Shown: one piece after another, positions 51,036 through 64,000 of the stretch
Layout: the number at the start of each line of letters is the position of its first letter
Numbering within the stretch: the first letter of the stretch is position 1
Assembly: GCF_018977255.1 (NCBI RefSeq)
Contig: NW_024704742.1
Coordinates: 89,530,001-89,594,000 of the forward strand
Reading direction: 5' to 3'
DNA: 64,000 nucleotides
Source: Callorhinchus milii
Taxonomy: Eukaryota
Notes under the pieces: generated by a model
The model's database searches: none
Told to the model about the DNA's origin: nothing
What the model saw: only the letters and a program-made list of their open reading frames with translations
Program-made: the position numbers and the translations under genes

Positions 51036-52149
51036 CGTTGTGAGGTTGCTATCAAACACCATGGAACAAGCAACGACTATCATGATAATTGAACACTCAT
51101 TTTTTAAAGGCAGCAACAGACAGAGTTGGACAGTTGCTCTGTCATCGTCAATGCTGTGAAGACTAGATCAATAACTCTATTGAGACAGGCTGCCACTAAT
51201 ACCGCCCATTTATCTTTGTTCTTGGAGGTCGCAAGGACTCTTCATTAAAAGTCCTTTAGCACCTTTACTTGGTTAATGCATGCAGTCCATCATGGGGCAA
51301 ACAGGTGGTGAAGATGGCAGTAAAAGAGGAGGGAGCAGCTAGGATTTGCCTCAGAGAAAAATGTGGAAATTTTTTAGAAAGTTGCATGAACACAAAGGGC
51401 CAAATGATCCCCTTCATTCTATGCAGAATTGTATTCGTTTGTATGTGAAATTGAAATCAACCACATTGAGGAATCAAACATCATTGCAAACCCACTGCCC
51501 ACTGTCACCAGGAGTTACTTGGCCAGTAATATAAACAATCAACATTCAATAAACATAGGGATTTGTGTTTTTTGTCAGCAATTTTTTCTACCCTGCTTTC
51601 CTGGAGGCATTTGATTCCTTTTTATCTCTATGTTTGTATGTGAAACACAGGCACCAGTTACCCTGCAGTCACTCACCCAAGTGTACATTATTCAGGAGTG
51701 TTTGCAGACTATTTAACTGCATGAAGGGTATCACAACTGAGCCCATTTCATCAAATGGCACCCACACACATGCACAAACATTCTATTAAAGATTGCATCT
51801 TTAACAACTTTCTGGTTCTATACAGCCTAGTGTCTACACTGGATGGTACTTTATCTATTATATCATTGATGGGGCCAACATTTGAAATGCAGTAACTATT
51901 CAAACCAAACCTTGGAACCAAGGTAATTTGCCAGGTGGGAAATGTAGATAACGTTTTGCCTTTGATCTCAATTCAAAGCATTCTTTTTTGTTGCCAATGA
52001 TTATTCCATCACTAGACCAGCAGAAATCAGATACATACCTTTCCATGGCTGTGATGTTCTTTCTCTAATGTGAGTCCAATGCCAAAACTAATCAGTCTGG
52101 AGCCTTCTTCACAAATCATCTGCAGGACATGATTTTGCAGTACTATCAT

Positions 52150-52558
52150 TAATAATAATAATCCTTGCATTTGATCACAATGTTATCACATTGTAGAAAA
52201 TTGCAAAGTGCTTCATAGGATTTTTTGTGAAGTATAGCTACTGTGTATTTGTAGACAAATGCAGCAGCCAAATTGTTTACACCAATATCCCACAAACAGC
52301 CAAAAAGTTATTGATCCATTTTTAGCTGGGGAATTGTTGGTGAGGACAGAACTTCCTTCTCTTTTTAGTTAGGGCAATGAATCTTTAACTAACACTGGAA
52401 TTGGAAAACGAGACCTCAGTTTAATGTCTAATCCAAAGGCACCTCTAACAATGCAGCCCAACCCCAGCACTGCATTGGATTGACAGCTTGGACGGTGAGC
52501 TAAAATTTGCAACATCGGGCTTGAAACGACTGAGAAATGAAAGCCAGGTTGACACTCT
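52150..52558 (-). mobile_element. Old Deu-domain SINE
   Basis: Colinear with 18059-18500, head partly deleted. Confidence 0.78.
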
Positions 52559-54007
52559 AAATCCCAGACACTAGAGATCTGTGTATAAATGGAACAGGTT
52601 ACCAGGAAGGGTGGTTGAGGCCAGGGCACTGGACTCATTAAAAAACAGCTTGATGCAGATGTCTCCCCATTCTCTGGCGAACGTGATTTTGGAGAAGGAA
52701 GCATGGAGGTCTGCTGCTCCACATGGCTTTACTGTTGGAAACCAGAGTGAATTGCATCCAGCAGCAACATGTAGGGCAGAATTGTTTTGTTTTTGTTCCC
52801 TCACTCAGACTTTGTACTTAATTAACTTTAATGCAAGTTTCATTATTCAACTGTGACACACAAAAAAAACACCTGTGCACATGAGAATTGCTTCTATGTC
52901 ACACGTGGAGCTCAAATTGAAGTGATTTGTTATGTGACCCAGACTTAATCTATTGAAACTGCTGATAATCCTGTGAGTTAACTAATAGAACCATCAAGAA
53001 AAAATACCTCCGTGAAAATTCACAATGTTATGTGACCACCAGAGAGCAAATAATGACAGATGGCAATTGAATCTGGAAGCAGTTCCATAGTTCAGGGTAC
53101 ATTCCTCAATGGCACTGCTCTCATAAATTCTCAAGGTCCACCTGAAAGCACTACAAATATTCATTGGTCTGGTGGCTTTAGGCTACCATTCTCTCAAACA
53201 GACTCGTGAAACCTTGATCGTTCAGGCAGAGAAACAATAATCCTGTTAATGTCTAGAGAAGGATGATGAAGGCAGGAGAAAGATAGCAGTGGAGTAGGAG
53301 GGGTGTGAGAGGGCAATGAAGAGGTGAGGAATCCAACAAAGTAATTTAGAGTTATGTAATATAATACCTTGTGCTAACAAAACAATACAGTAAGACTCCT
53401 CATTGTTTTAACATTTTAGCCTGAAAATAATTGTTTGATTTAAAAAAAAGTATCATCCTTTCCTGTTCTAGATCTAGGTTGAAGGCTGAGAAGCGAAATA
53501 GGGTATATATATTGCTCAAGAATCTTTATCCTACTGGGTCTCAGTATACGTGGAGAGGAGGGTATAACTTGATCCACTGATTGATAGCACTGTGAACAAG
53601 ACATCCACAAGGACCACTAAAGCTCAGTGACTGATGTTCTGTCCAATCAAAGAAACCTTCTTTACCTCCACATAGGTCGACCCATTGTCCTTCAGTTAGA
53701 ATTGCTTTACAGTGTAAAGGGGCAGCCCTCCAGACATTTGCTGGGCAAGAAAGAAGTTTATATACAATTTAGTTGTGAATAACAGACCACCAGTTATCCC
53801 TCCCATTGATTTTCTCCTCCTTTCTCCTGAATGTAATTTACTCCTACTTTCTGCTAATTCCAATGATATATTCAAAATAATTTGGGAAAATCCCAAACAA
53901 ATTATTCCTTTTTTGCATGGCTGAGAATTTTTAAGTTTTCATCCACCCAATGAACTCATGCCATTGCTACAAGTACAGTTGGTCACTGTTATACACATAA
54001 TAATATA

Positions 54008-54309
54008 ATAATAATAATCCTTGCATTTGATATAGCGCTTTTCACATCTTCTAGACGTCCCAAAGCGCTTCACAGAATATATTGTAAAGTGAATTGACTG
54101 TATATTTGTGGGCGAACGCGGCAGCCAATTGCGCACAGCAATGTCCCACAAACAGTCGTGGATTGAAAATGACCAATTTATTATTATTTTGGTTTTGGAG
54201 GGATTATTATTAGGCGTGTGGAGTAATGAAACTTGCCCAAGGTTTCGCCCTGCCTGGAATTGAACTCAGGTCTCTCACTTGCAAAGCGAGTGCTCTAACC
54301 ACTGAGCTA
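54008..54309 (-). mobile_element. Young tRNA-Ala SINE, short form
   Basis: Near-identical to 30556-30871; the first few nucleotides are missing. Confidence 0.95.
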
Positions 54310-54419
54310 AAGCCAACTTGAGCTGATAGCACAATTTGACATTGGTTTTTGCCAGTGCCACAGAATAACTCTTTCTAGTCAAGAGAGACCAGCAGAATAA
54401 TAATAATCCTTATATTTCA

Positions 54420-54725
54420 AATAATATTAATCCTTACGTTTAATATATTGTCTTATCACGTCGCCGCGACGTCTCAAAGTAATTCACAGAATATACTGTA
54501 AAGTGGAGTGACTGTATTTTGTGGGTAAAAGGTGGCAGCAGACTGCACACAGCAAAGTCCTACAAACAGCCATGAACTGAGCGACCATTTTTAAAATAGT
54601 TGAGTGGGGGGATTGTTGGCCATGACACTAAGAAAAACTCCATCCTTTTTTTGAATAGTGCCATGAGCTCTTAAATATCTACCTGAACAGGCAGATGGGA
54701 CCTTGGTTTAACATCTCATCCGAAA
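54420..54725 (-). mobile_element. Old Deu-domain SINE, 3' two thirds
   Basis: Reverse complement GGATGAGATGTTAAACCAAGGTCCCATCTGCCTGTTCAGG...tail. Confidence 0.8.
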
Positions 54726-57700
54726 TGTCTCTAAGCGCTTCTGTGTGTACAAAAACTGTGTGTTTGCAGGCAAACATGATGAACACAACAGTTCTGATAT
54801 TTCAAGATCATCAGCACATGCTTGTGACTGAAAGTCATGAATACATTAAGTTTATATATAAATGCACCACAAATGGCATATAACTGGATATCAAAGAATG
54901 CCACAGTATGGACACAGAACATATGGTCCATCAAGTCTGTCTGTCCTGGTGGTTTGTCCACATTAGTCACCTAACCTAACCCCGCTCTCCATCTTGATCC
55001 CTATACCCTTTAATATTCCTCTTTTTCACACATCCATCTAATTTCCTATTTAAATAAAAAAATCTATGCACTCTGAGTATGAATTCAATCTCAGTGCTAA
55101 ATGGCTGCAGTTAATCTTTCAGAGAAATGAAAGGTGAAAATAGGTGAAAGTTCTACCTGGCAATGTGAGGGGGTTGTGCTGTAAATGTTGAGCAATAGCT
55201 GTTATAGGAGTACTCAATGCCCATCTCCTGTAATGCCTACCTTTCAGACACTGTAATAATTTGAAAGTTATTTCAATAACATGTTATAGCAAGCGTTTGT
55301 AATTTAGGGGCTTAGCCATAATTAATGTGTTACATTTCAGAGTATATTACAGTGAGAGGATACTGTATAAAAGCATTTTTAGTATCTGAGCCTATTGTGG
55401 AATCTAAATTGGTGTCAAAATCAACATCTTGTTAGTTTAAAATGAGCCGGATGTAAAACATACTCTCTTCTGAATGGGATTAATTTAGTCTCGCTGCTTA
55501 CTTAAATTTTCTCTCATTTCTTACAAAGAACAGATTTCCATAAAGTAATTCCCTTGACATGGGAGAAAACTAAGATGTCTTTATTAATAAAACAGATGAT
55601 AATACTGATAATCGTGGAAAATGCTTTAATTGCATTCAGATTAAGTATTTTCAAAGAAGATTTATGGTTTTGAGCTTCTGCTTATCCACACAGAAAAGAA
55701 AAGCTCCAAATTTTATTAACAAATGCCTTCATCCCTCAATTCAATTCCAAACAACTTTGTGGCCAAAGATTGAAATAGCACAAGAGGAATTAATTGCAGG
55801 TTTGAGATAACAGCAAGCAATAGTTCCACACATGACCACTGGGACCAGAATAAAATAACCAGGCAAATGAAGCTTTACAAAATTTAAGGTTCCGCCAGTA
55901 AAATCCCACGTACTGTTAAGCGTTTAGTAATGCTTTAAGCAAGCAATCGAGTCACTGAATAACAGAGATAGGAAAGTTGCTATGTGAATTACAATAATCC
56001 TTGTTCCGCCAATTTTGGCCTGCTCCACGTTACAAGCCTGGCTTCCTCCACACTCTGCCTGAAGAGACAAGGAGACAAATAGGGCCGTACATTCCTCCAC
56101 GAATGTCCAATACACCCTGTTCATATTTCATAAAAGGCTGGACAATTTGTTAGAATGTCTCAGTGTCTTCATATTATGACACTGAAGAAATCACATTATC
56201 TTTGTTGGACAGGTTCAACTGTAGATAAATAAGCTGAGCACCTTTTCTACCATTCCAATGGTATATTGGGCAAAATTAACTTTGTGAGTCTCATGGTTAC
56301 ACAAAGAATCTGAATATTTTTATGCTTAAGACCATCGTCTTAAAATAGGGGGGTGTTCAAAGAGCTAGGTTTTTAATACGGCTTTGAGGCATGGAGAGAA
56401 GGTGCAGGTGCATCGTGGCTACAGTCTCAATAGCTGAGGAGTGGGAGAAGTGTGGAATGACAGTACAGTGAAGACCATTGTCCAAAGTAAAGAACAGCTT
56501 TATCTATTCTGAGGTCTAGGATCCTCGCGATGTAAAGGTACTGTATTGTATTGTGAGGGCTGATGTGCTTTGTTATTCATATGCTCAATAAGTCTATTTT
56601 CTTTTCATCTAAAGCTGGTGAGCCAAGTTTGTAAGGGGACCCACAATTCAATCATGAGAATGGCTGGTTCTCTTTTCAGGGTCTGGATCACTAAGATTGG
56701 TGCCTGCTGCTATTTCAGGAGTGGCACAGAGCTTGGGATCCCATTTCCTCCCATCAAAGAAAACAAACGTAATCTATTGATGACAAGTAGGCTATTGACA
56801 TAGGATATTGACATCAGTATTTATGTAACATACTGTGCACATGTACTCCATGCGCAGGAAGCACCACTATGTCAATTCCTGCATGCTGTCCATGTGTGCT
56901 ATGCACAGGAAGTGCCGCTGACGTGATTTAGCAAAGGAAGCCCCATGCATGGAGAAGAATACAAACACAGATTGCTCAAGGCTGAAATCATGAGACTTGT
57001 TGCTCAACTCCAATATGAGTGACTTAAAGATATGCATGACCTGTTCAGCACTTCAAAAAGCAACAGCACCATGGGCTGCCAAGCTACGCTAACATGAGAA
57101 CAAAACTAAGATTGGCCTGGAAGAGTAAAAGGGAGGTTATATATTGTGCAGGTGAAGAATAATGTGGCACTTGCAATTTGAAGACTGGAAGTTAAATTTA
57201 AAAGCACAGGCATAGGCAGTACAGTGATAAGCCCCTCTGTGTAGACAAGAACTGGAATGCAGGAGAAAGAAAGCAATGAGACAAAGATAATTTAAAATAG
57301 TGTTAACCTATTTTAGTTCATATTAAATGACTGAACTCACCTCCACTAGGGATTCACTTTGATATCATCAATAGACATGTCTTACAAAAAAACCCTCCGA
57401 TGGAGTAAATGAGTGATCCTATCCAGAGGCATTATTGAAAAAACAATATTAATCTGATGAGTTATAAAGTAACAGATTTCCAATGAACAAAAATACGTTC
57501 TCAGCATCTTACCATTTAATAGCAATAGTGTTTATAGTATTATATAAATATTTAGGAAGAGGAATCTGTAGTTAAGATAGAAACTGAAGAGAGTTCCACA
57601 TTTCAGGAGATCTAACCAAGTTTTAAGAAACATTCGGAAGGTTTCGACAGGACAGATAGTGAAGATAATTCCCTTTGATTGCTAAATCAGTAACAATGGA

Positions 57701-59309
57701 GCATAAACACAGGATTGTCACTGGAAATATTAGGAGCAGATTAGATGAAGCATTTACACACAGAGGTTCATCAGAACATGGAACGCTTTGTCACAATTAC
57801 CTACGGGGAGAGAATTTCCACATAAATCTATGTTTATTTTATTTATTTCAAACCGGGCAGAATAGGGCCATTTCTTAAATAATCTTAATTTTTCTGTAGT
57901 TCTTAAAAGAATTTAAGGCTGTGTTGGTTGCCATATTCTGGATGCTCTGAAATGCTATATGAATACAGTAAGTTTGGGATCCGAGGAGAATATTTACCCC
58001 CAGTGTAAGAACCCAGCAGTATGTTAAATGAACACTTTTCATCAACTATCTTTAATTAGTGTCCTACATGCTTATGTGATACAGCAAATATTATTTAATC
58101 TGACAAATTAACATAAAATTTAAACCTACAAATCTTTTATCTCATGGTAATATTTTCCACCTTCTGATGGGTGATCTTACAAAGGACTACATTGGATCCA
58201 CTTGAAAAGTGATTTGTTAAACCGAGGGCAAGGAGGCCTAAGATACACAGTCACTAAGCTTTACAGCAAATACCACTTTGGGGTATTTTGAAACCATTGT
58301 AAGGTGCCATCAAATGCCAGGATTATTATTATTATATCATCCACTGTAACAGGTAAAACGAAAAGAAGCTATTTCCACATGGTAGTAGAAATGGTGTGCA
58401 GATGGGAACACTTGTTTAACCCATATAACTGTATATAATCTGGTGTTTGTGGCAGTCTGCACATTCCTGCCAAGGGTTAATAAAGTGCTAATGTGTTATG
58501 GCCAGTGTATTNAAAAAGCAGCTGAGCCAATTATTGGCGGTAGATCCAATTAATTCAAGAAACGTACCCTGAATTCTAAACTGCCATATGCCACCAGCCA
58601 TATAAGTCACATTCAGACCAGCCTTCAAAGAGATGGAATTTATGATATAGTATAAAAGGATTTTGCATATCCCAGTCAAGCTGTGTACAGGAATCAGACT
58701 TGTGCTGTTTACACTCTCACAGACCATTGTGTGCTACAAAACAAACTGCTGTATTAGCCAACCTGCAAATCAGTGCAGTATTCTGAATGGGCACGTTGGA
58801 AATTGATGCAACTTTTGCAGGGAGTGGGGGAGGTGGAATCATCTGTCGAACCAAACCACCCTCCTCATGAATATATTAAGAATTACAAGACTGGCAAGAT
58901 AAAATATGTGTGACTGAACATTCCAGTAAAGTGAAACAGCTGCACTCGGGAGAGTGAAAAGAGGGAGTGTGTTGACGTTTAAAATTTACATATGTAATGG
59001 GTTTGGAAATTTGCCATGAATAGGCAGGCGTTAGTGCTATTCGAGACAGAAACAAGCACAAATATGCATCTTTTATTTCAAAAACAAGGTAAATATTACA
59101 AGTAAAGTAACTGTTCTCTTGTAGCATCACATGATACACTTAACATTAAAATGACTTTTGCTGTCGGCCTTTTCTACTTTTTAAAAATAAATAAATACTC
59201 TCTGGGTTGATACTCCAGAGCAGCAATAATAATAATATTCATAATCCTTGCGTTTCATATAACGCTTTTCACAACAGGAGACCATTTCAATACGCTTCAC
59301 AGGATTTGT

Positions 59310-59627
59310 GGAGTCCTGTAGCTCAGTGGTTAGAGCACTCGCTTTGAAAGTGAGAAACCTGAGTTCAATTCCAGGCAGAGGGCGAAACCTTGGGCAAGTT
59401 TACTTACTCCACACACCTAATAATAATCCCTCCAAAACCAAAAACAATAATTAAATTGGTCATTTTCAATCTACGACTGTTTGTGGGACATTGCTGTGCA
59501 CAATTGGCTGCCGAGTTCGCCCACAAATATACAGTCAATTCACTTTACAGTGTGTTCTGTGAAGCGCTTTGGGACGTCCTCCCGATGTGAAAAGCGCTAT
59601 ATCAAATGCAAGGATTATTATTATTAT
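59310..59627 (+). mobile_element. Young tRNA-Ala SINE, short form, flanked by minus-strand SINE 3' pieces
   Basis: Full head, body, tail and (TTA)n. Minus-strand pieces at about 59225-59305 and 59640-59820. Confidence 0.95.
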
Positions 59628-60879
59628 TTACTGTAGTAATAATAATAAAAATAATAATAGTGACAATCCTTGCATTTGATATAGTGTGTCATGTCGTTGA
59701 GATATCTTAAAGTGCTTCCCAGAATATACTGCAAAGTGAAATGACTGTATTTTGTGAGCAAAATACGATAGATAATTGTTCACAGCAGTGTCCCACAAGC
59801 AGTCGTGGATTGAATGACCAAAGTTCCACAGAGGAAGACAAAACAAATAAAGGATTTTTGACTCCTGGAATTCATAACCTATTGCTTCAATTGCAGTAGT
59901 TACTTTAGACTAAACATACAGTCAATGGGAGAACAAAACTGCAGATGCTGGAAAGACTAATATATTTCTTAATATATAAATAAAAATAGTAAATATTTAT
60001 TAAAAACACAACTTAAAGCATGTCAAAGATTTTCTGCAAAGTGTAGTGGCTATGTATTTGTAGGCAAATGCAGCAGTCAAGTTATGCCTAGCAATGCCCC
60101 AGAAGCAGACATGAAGTGATAAACAGTTTTATCTGGAGAAATGTTGGCCAGGATACTGGGAGTTACTCCCTTCTCTCTTTAAGAAGTACCATGGAATCTT
60201 TAACATCCATCTGAACAGGCAGATATTATGTTACAGTATATTCTGTGAAGCGCTTTGAGATGTCTTAGATGTGATAAGATCAATATCAAATGCAAGGATT
60301 ATTTTTATTATTATTATAAAAATGTTGATTTATAATCAAAACTAAAACATCTTTAGGAATTGGGAATCTATGGCATGATACAATTTTCGATTTAATTTGG
60401 GCATTTATATAAGCTTTCAATCATGAAAAACTGTTTTAAACCATTTATATGAGGCAATACGAAAGAATATAAAAATGATTTTTCCATGACAAGAATCACA
60501 ATGCCCAAGTCACATCACAAATTAAACTTGACTATCCATTAAAATCCCTCTTTTTTAGATGAAAAATATTATAAATAAGATACATCATCATAATAATCTT
60601 CATGTTTGATATAGTGCCTATTACATTAAGAGCATTTCACAGAGTTTCACAAAGTTGCTGTAAAGCATGTTTAAAAAGTTATTAAGGCACCAATCAATGC
60701 TGTCAGAATGAGCCAAGTTTTATTATTAAAGCAAAGTTGGTGATAGCTTGGTTGGTAGCCCTCTCTCCTCTGAGACAGAAGGTTGTGGGTTCAAGCCCCA
60801 TGTCAGGACTTGGAACCCATATAGTCTTTGCTGAGTGATGACAACATCACAAGCTTGAAAATGTTCAGTACACCTCTTT

Positions 60880-61125
60880 TTAGCTTTGGAGCTCTTCAGC
60901 TACTGTGTGTTGCTCCAAATCTTCTCCTTGTTTGGCAGTTAAATGCCTTCAGTCTTCTTAAACTGGGTTGAATCTATTGTTGGCTTCTTACCAACTCTTA
61001 TTGGTGCTGAGGGCTGAGTTCTTCTGTGGGGATTTGCTCCAGTTGCAAAAAACTAAGCTCTTCATGGCTAACCATCAAGGTCCATCTCCCTCTCAGTGAA
61101 TGTCATTTCTTCCGTCTCCATCTAC
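60880..61125 (-). pseudogene. Possible decayed Myb/SANT-like (Harbinger/MSANTD-type) domain
   Basis: Frameshifted translation gives MTFTEREMDL / MKSLVFCNWSKSPQKNSALSTNKSW*EANNRFNPV*ED*RHLTAKQ / KIWSN, resembling the F-T-x-x-E...W-x-E...F-N...T-x-x-Q...W-x-N pattern. Confidence 0.4.
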
Positions 61126-62049
61126 GTATTAGCTTTTGTACATCAACAGTCATTGGGAGTCAGACGTTTCATTTTTGAAACACTTAGTTCCTTTGCTATG
61201 ATTATTACTGAGGTTTGATGGGAAGGTAAATTAACAGGGAAAGTGTTGGAATATTTTGCATCTGCAGGTTAGTAATAACCGCAGCAAAAACCTTTTTGAA
61301 AATGCAAGTGTGAACATAGAACCCAAAGAGTTAAAAAAAAATTGAGTTTTGTTTTAGTTTTGTTTGCACTGCTGGGCACGGAGGGAAGAAAGTAAAATCA
61401 AAGCTTTGCATCTATAGGCAGCTTGTCTCTAGCTGAATGTGACTCACAGACTTTGTACGGGGAGGTTCTGACACGTTCCACAATACAATGGCACAACATT
61501 GCCCTTTCTGGATTCACCAGACAATTGCAATTACATTTCAGAATTACAAAATTTTAAATGTGAATTCATTACTGCCTCCTCCACCCGTTTCATAATTAAT
61601 GGCCAGAAGCTATACTTTATTATCATTCTTTTTTAATATCTGCCATTATGATTTGACATCATCAGCCAATAATATGCTGGTTTTTAATAATTAAGCTTCA
61701 TTTGCAACTGCAGCAAAAAGTTCAAGATGGTTTAGGTGGAGAACGGTCTGCTCTATCTGTTATTAAAGTGCGGAGTTGTCTGAACGTTCCAGCACAGAGC
61801 TTGTAGCTCCGCCACTGACATTAAACTGTGAGAATGGCTCTGATTAAGATCGGGACCTGGATATCCAAGTGAAGATGAGCAGTAGGTATCTGCCCAATAG
61901 CTGGTCCCCAGCGCAAACCCCAAGACTATCTCGCGAGCTCTAACTTTCAGAAGTTGAGTAACTTTTTCAAAAGAACACAGTTTGTACACAAACCTGAAAG
62001 GAATAAAGGAAAACTTTAAAATTCAGGCATTTGGTTCACAAACTAAATA

Positions 62050-62406
62050 TATATAATAAAAATAATCCTTGCATTTGATATAGCACATTATTGCAACATT
62101 GAGAGGTCTCTAAGCACTTTACATATTTAGATGCAACATATTTTGTAGAATGTATTGTAGTGGATTGACTGTATTTTGTGGGTGAAACACGGCAGTCAAT
62201 TTCGCACAGCAGTGTTCCACAAACAGTTGTGGATTGAGTGACCACATTTTTTTTTGAGGCGGGTATATTACCCCCAGAAAGCGATCTGGGTTCCTACTCA
62301 CTGCTGGGTAAGCAGAGGCATGGGGAATAAAAAAAAATTGCCTAAGGATTCCCCTTGCCCAGCAATCGAAACCCAGTTCTCTTGCTTGTGAGGCGAGTGC
62401 TCTAAC
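62050..62406 (-). mobile_element. tRNA-Ala SINE, long form, head cut by an L2-type tail at about 62404-62472
   Basis: CCCCCAGAAAGCGATC...CCTACTCACTGCTGGGTAAGCAGAGGC long-form segment and a partial head. Confidence 0.85.
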
Positions 62407-63289
62407 AACAACAACAACAACTTGGATTTATATAGCGCCCTCCACGCTGGACAGCGTCTCAGAGCGTTTCAAACACTATTTAGAGTAACCACTACGTTAC
62501 AGGACTTCATATTCAGCTACAAAAGGAATGTCTTTTCTTTCCCTCTTTCTACCTTCACTCCCTCCTCTCCATTCCTGAAAAAAATGAAGCAGGCTGGAGG
62601 GTGGTTTCAAAGGTGGTGGCCACCCAAGGGTCTGCTCTTCCAGGTCTAATTTGTGGTATAATTTAACTGGATTCTTTAGTAGGAATTCCCATGATATTTT
62701 CCATTGTGCCAAAGGTGTCAAGACCTATCTTTGTCTTTGTCCCATGCTTTTGGTCATTGTTCCCTTACCCTGCTCCCAATTGGCTCTATCCCAGTTCGGG
62801 TGCCGAGCCAGTATTGTTAAGTGCTTTGTAACGCACTTCCGACATGAAAGGCGCAATGTACTGTAAATGCAAATTTATAAGAATTCTGCTCTGGAAGTTA
62901 TTTTTGGTTCCTACTTCCATGGCTCAGACTGTTCATTAAGAAATCCTACAAAGAAATATAATAAAGTGAACCCCTTTATGTGTGGACCTACACACTGTGT
63001 ATTCCCATTTCTTTCTACTTGAATGCCTTTTGGGGAACATGAGGTGTTTTATACTGAGCTTTCCCCCGAGACAGAGTAAATCAAAGTGCTCGAAAGGAAA
63101 GGTTTGGGGAATGTTTGATGGGCCAAATGGCCCTAGTTAATCTAGTTCCATCAAAAGATCATAAGAGGTTTGGATAAGGAAGACCCATTTGATTTTATCC
63201 TTTCTGAATACCCACTCTATCATCCTCCCATCTCAGCATCAGACTGTTTTTTAAAGAGGCTGAGGAAAGTGACAGAAATAAAATATAAT

Positions 63290-63635
63290 AATTGTTGCAT
63301 TTCGTATAGTGCCATATCATATTGGAAGGATATCTCAAAATGCTTCACAGGAATTACTGTGAAATGGAGTGGTTGTGTAATTATAGGCAAACAAGGCAGC
63401 ATAATTGTGCATAACAATGTCCCTCAAACATAACAAAACAAATTGCCAATTTGATTTGCGGGATTGTTCCACAGGGCACCAGGAGAAACTCCACTCTCTT
63501 CTCCATTAGTGCCATGGGATTTTTGACATCTAACTGAACACCTCATCCAAAGGACGGCACATCCCCAGGACTGCATTGTCGTGGTAGCTTTAGGCTAGGT
63601 GAGCTGAAGTCTCAACATGGGACTTGCATCCACTT
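63290..63635 (-). mobile_element. Old Deu-domain SINE
   Basis: CACCAGGAGAAACTCC...GTGCCATGGGAT...CTCATCCAAAGGACGGCAC on the plus strand. Confidence 0.75.
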
Positions 63636-64000
63636 AAGAGCACCAACAACAACAACTTGCAATTATATAGTCATTGACACAGAATAAAGTCTCATAAACA
63701 GCAGGAGGTAGTGACTATCAGTCAGGTGCACCTACCAGTTCGGAACTGGACCTTCTCACAATCTCTCACAATGGAGCCCTGAATAGTTAATCAAAGCAAA
63801 GTACTAACAATGGCAGACACTTACTGCCAGAGATGCACAGCTTTCTTTAACTACATGACTTGATGCCAAAAATTCCAAAAGACAAATGTAAATTAAATGC
63901 CAGAGTTTCAAACCATGCTGTCAGCAGAAATTCAGTGCTTGCCAAGTTTTTTTTCAGTTTATATTTTTGTATTTCACAAGGGGGCCTGTAATTTCCGAGA

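Noticed and set aside
1..64000. CRISPR array or other prokaryotic system suggested by the recurring short stem-loop
   Set aside because: Copies are dispersed, on both strands, irregularly spaced and attached to LINE/SINE 3' ends in vertebrate-type DNA.

Overview
Vertebrate nuclear DNA that reads as intergenic or deep intronic. The repeat content (CR1 and L2 LINEs, Deu-domain SINEs, a young tRNA-Ala SINE with an L2-type tail) suggests a cartilaginous fish, probably a chimaera; this is inference. I found no intact protein-coding gene; most listed ORFs are LINE/SINE fragments or chance. The one recognisable host-gene sequence is a disabled, apparently intronless AKT1S1/PRAS40 copy (minus strand, about 20200-20990). 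Its TOS motif is frameshifted, its Akt site is mutated and a SINE fragment replaces its KSLP motif. The clearest system in the window is a LINE-SINE partnership: a 2.9 kb decayed L2 (45370-48250) and three SINE forms share a 3' stem-loop with a fixed stem and variable loop, and the youngest SINEs carry the L2-type loop. Nested insertions give a relative chronology. Also present are palindromic MITE-like elements, weak Harbinger-like remnants and repeat-poor TAAT-rich islands. Repeat boundaries were read by eye and are approximate. No database searches were run.
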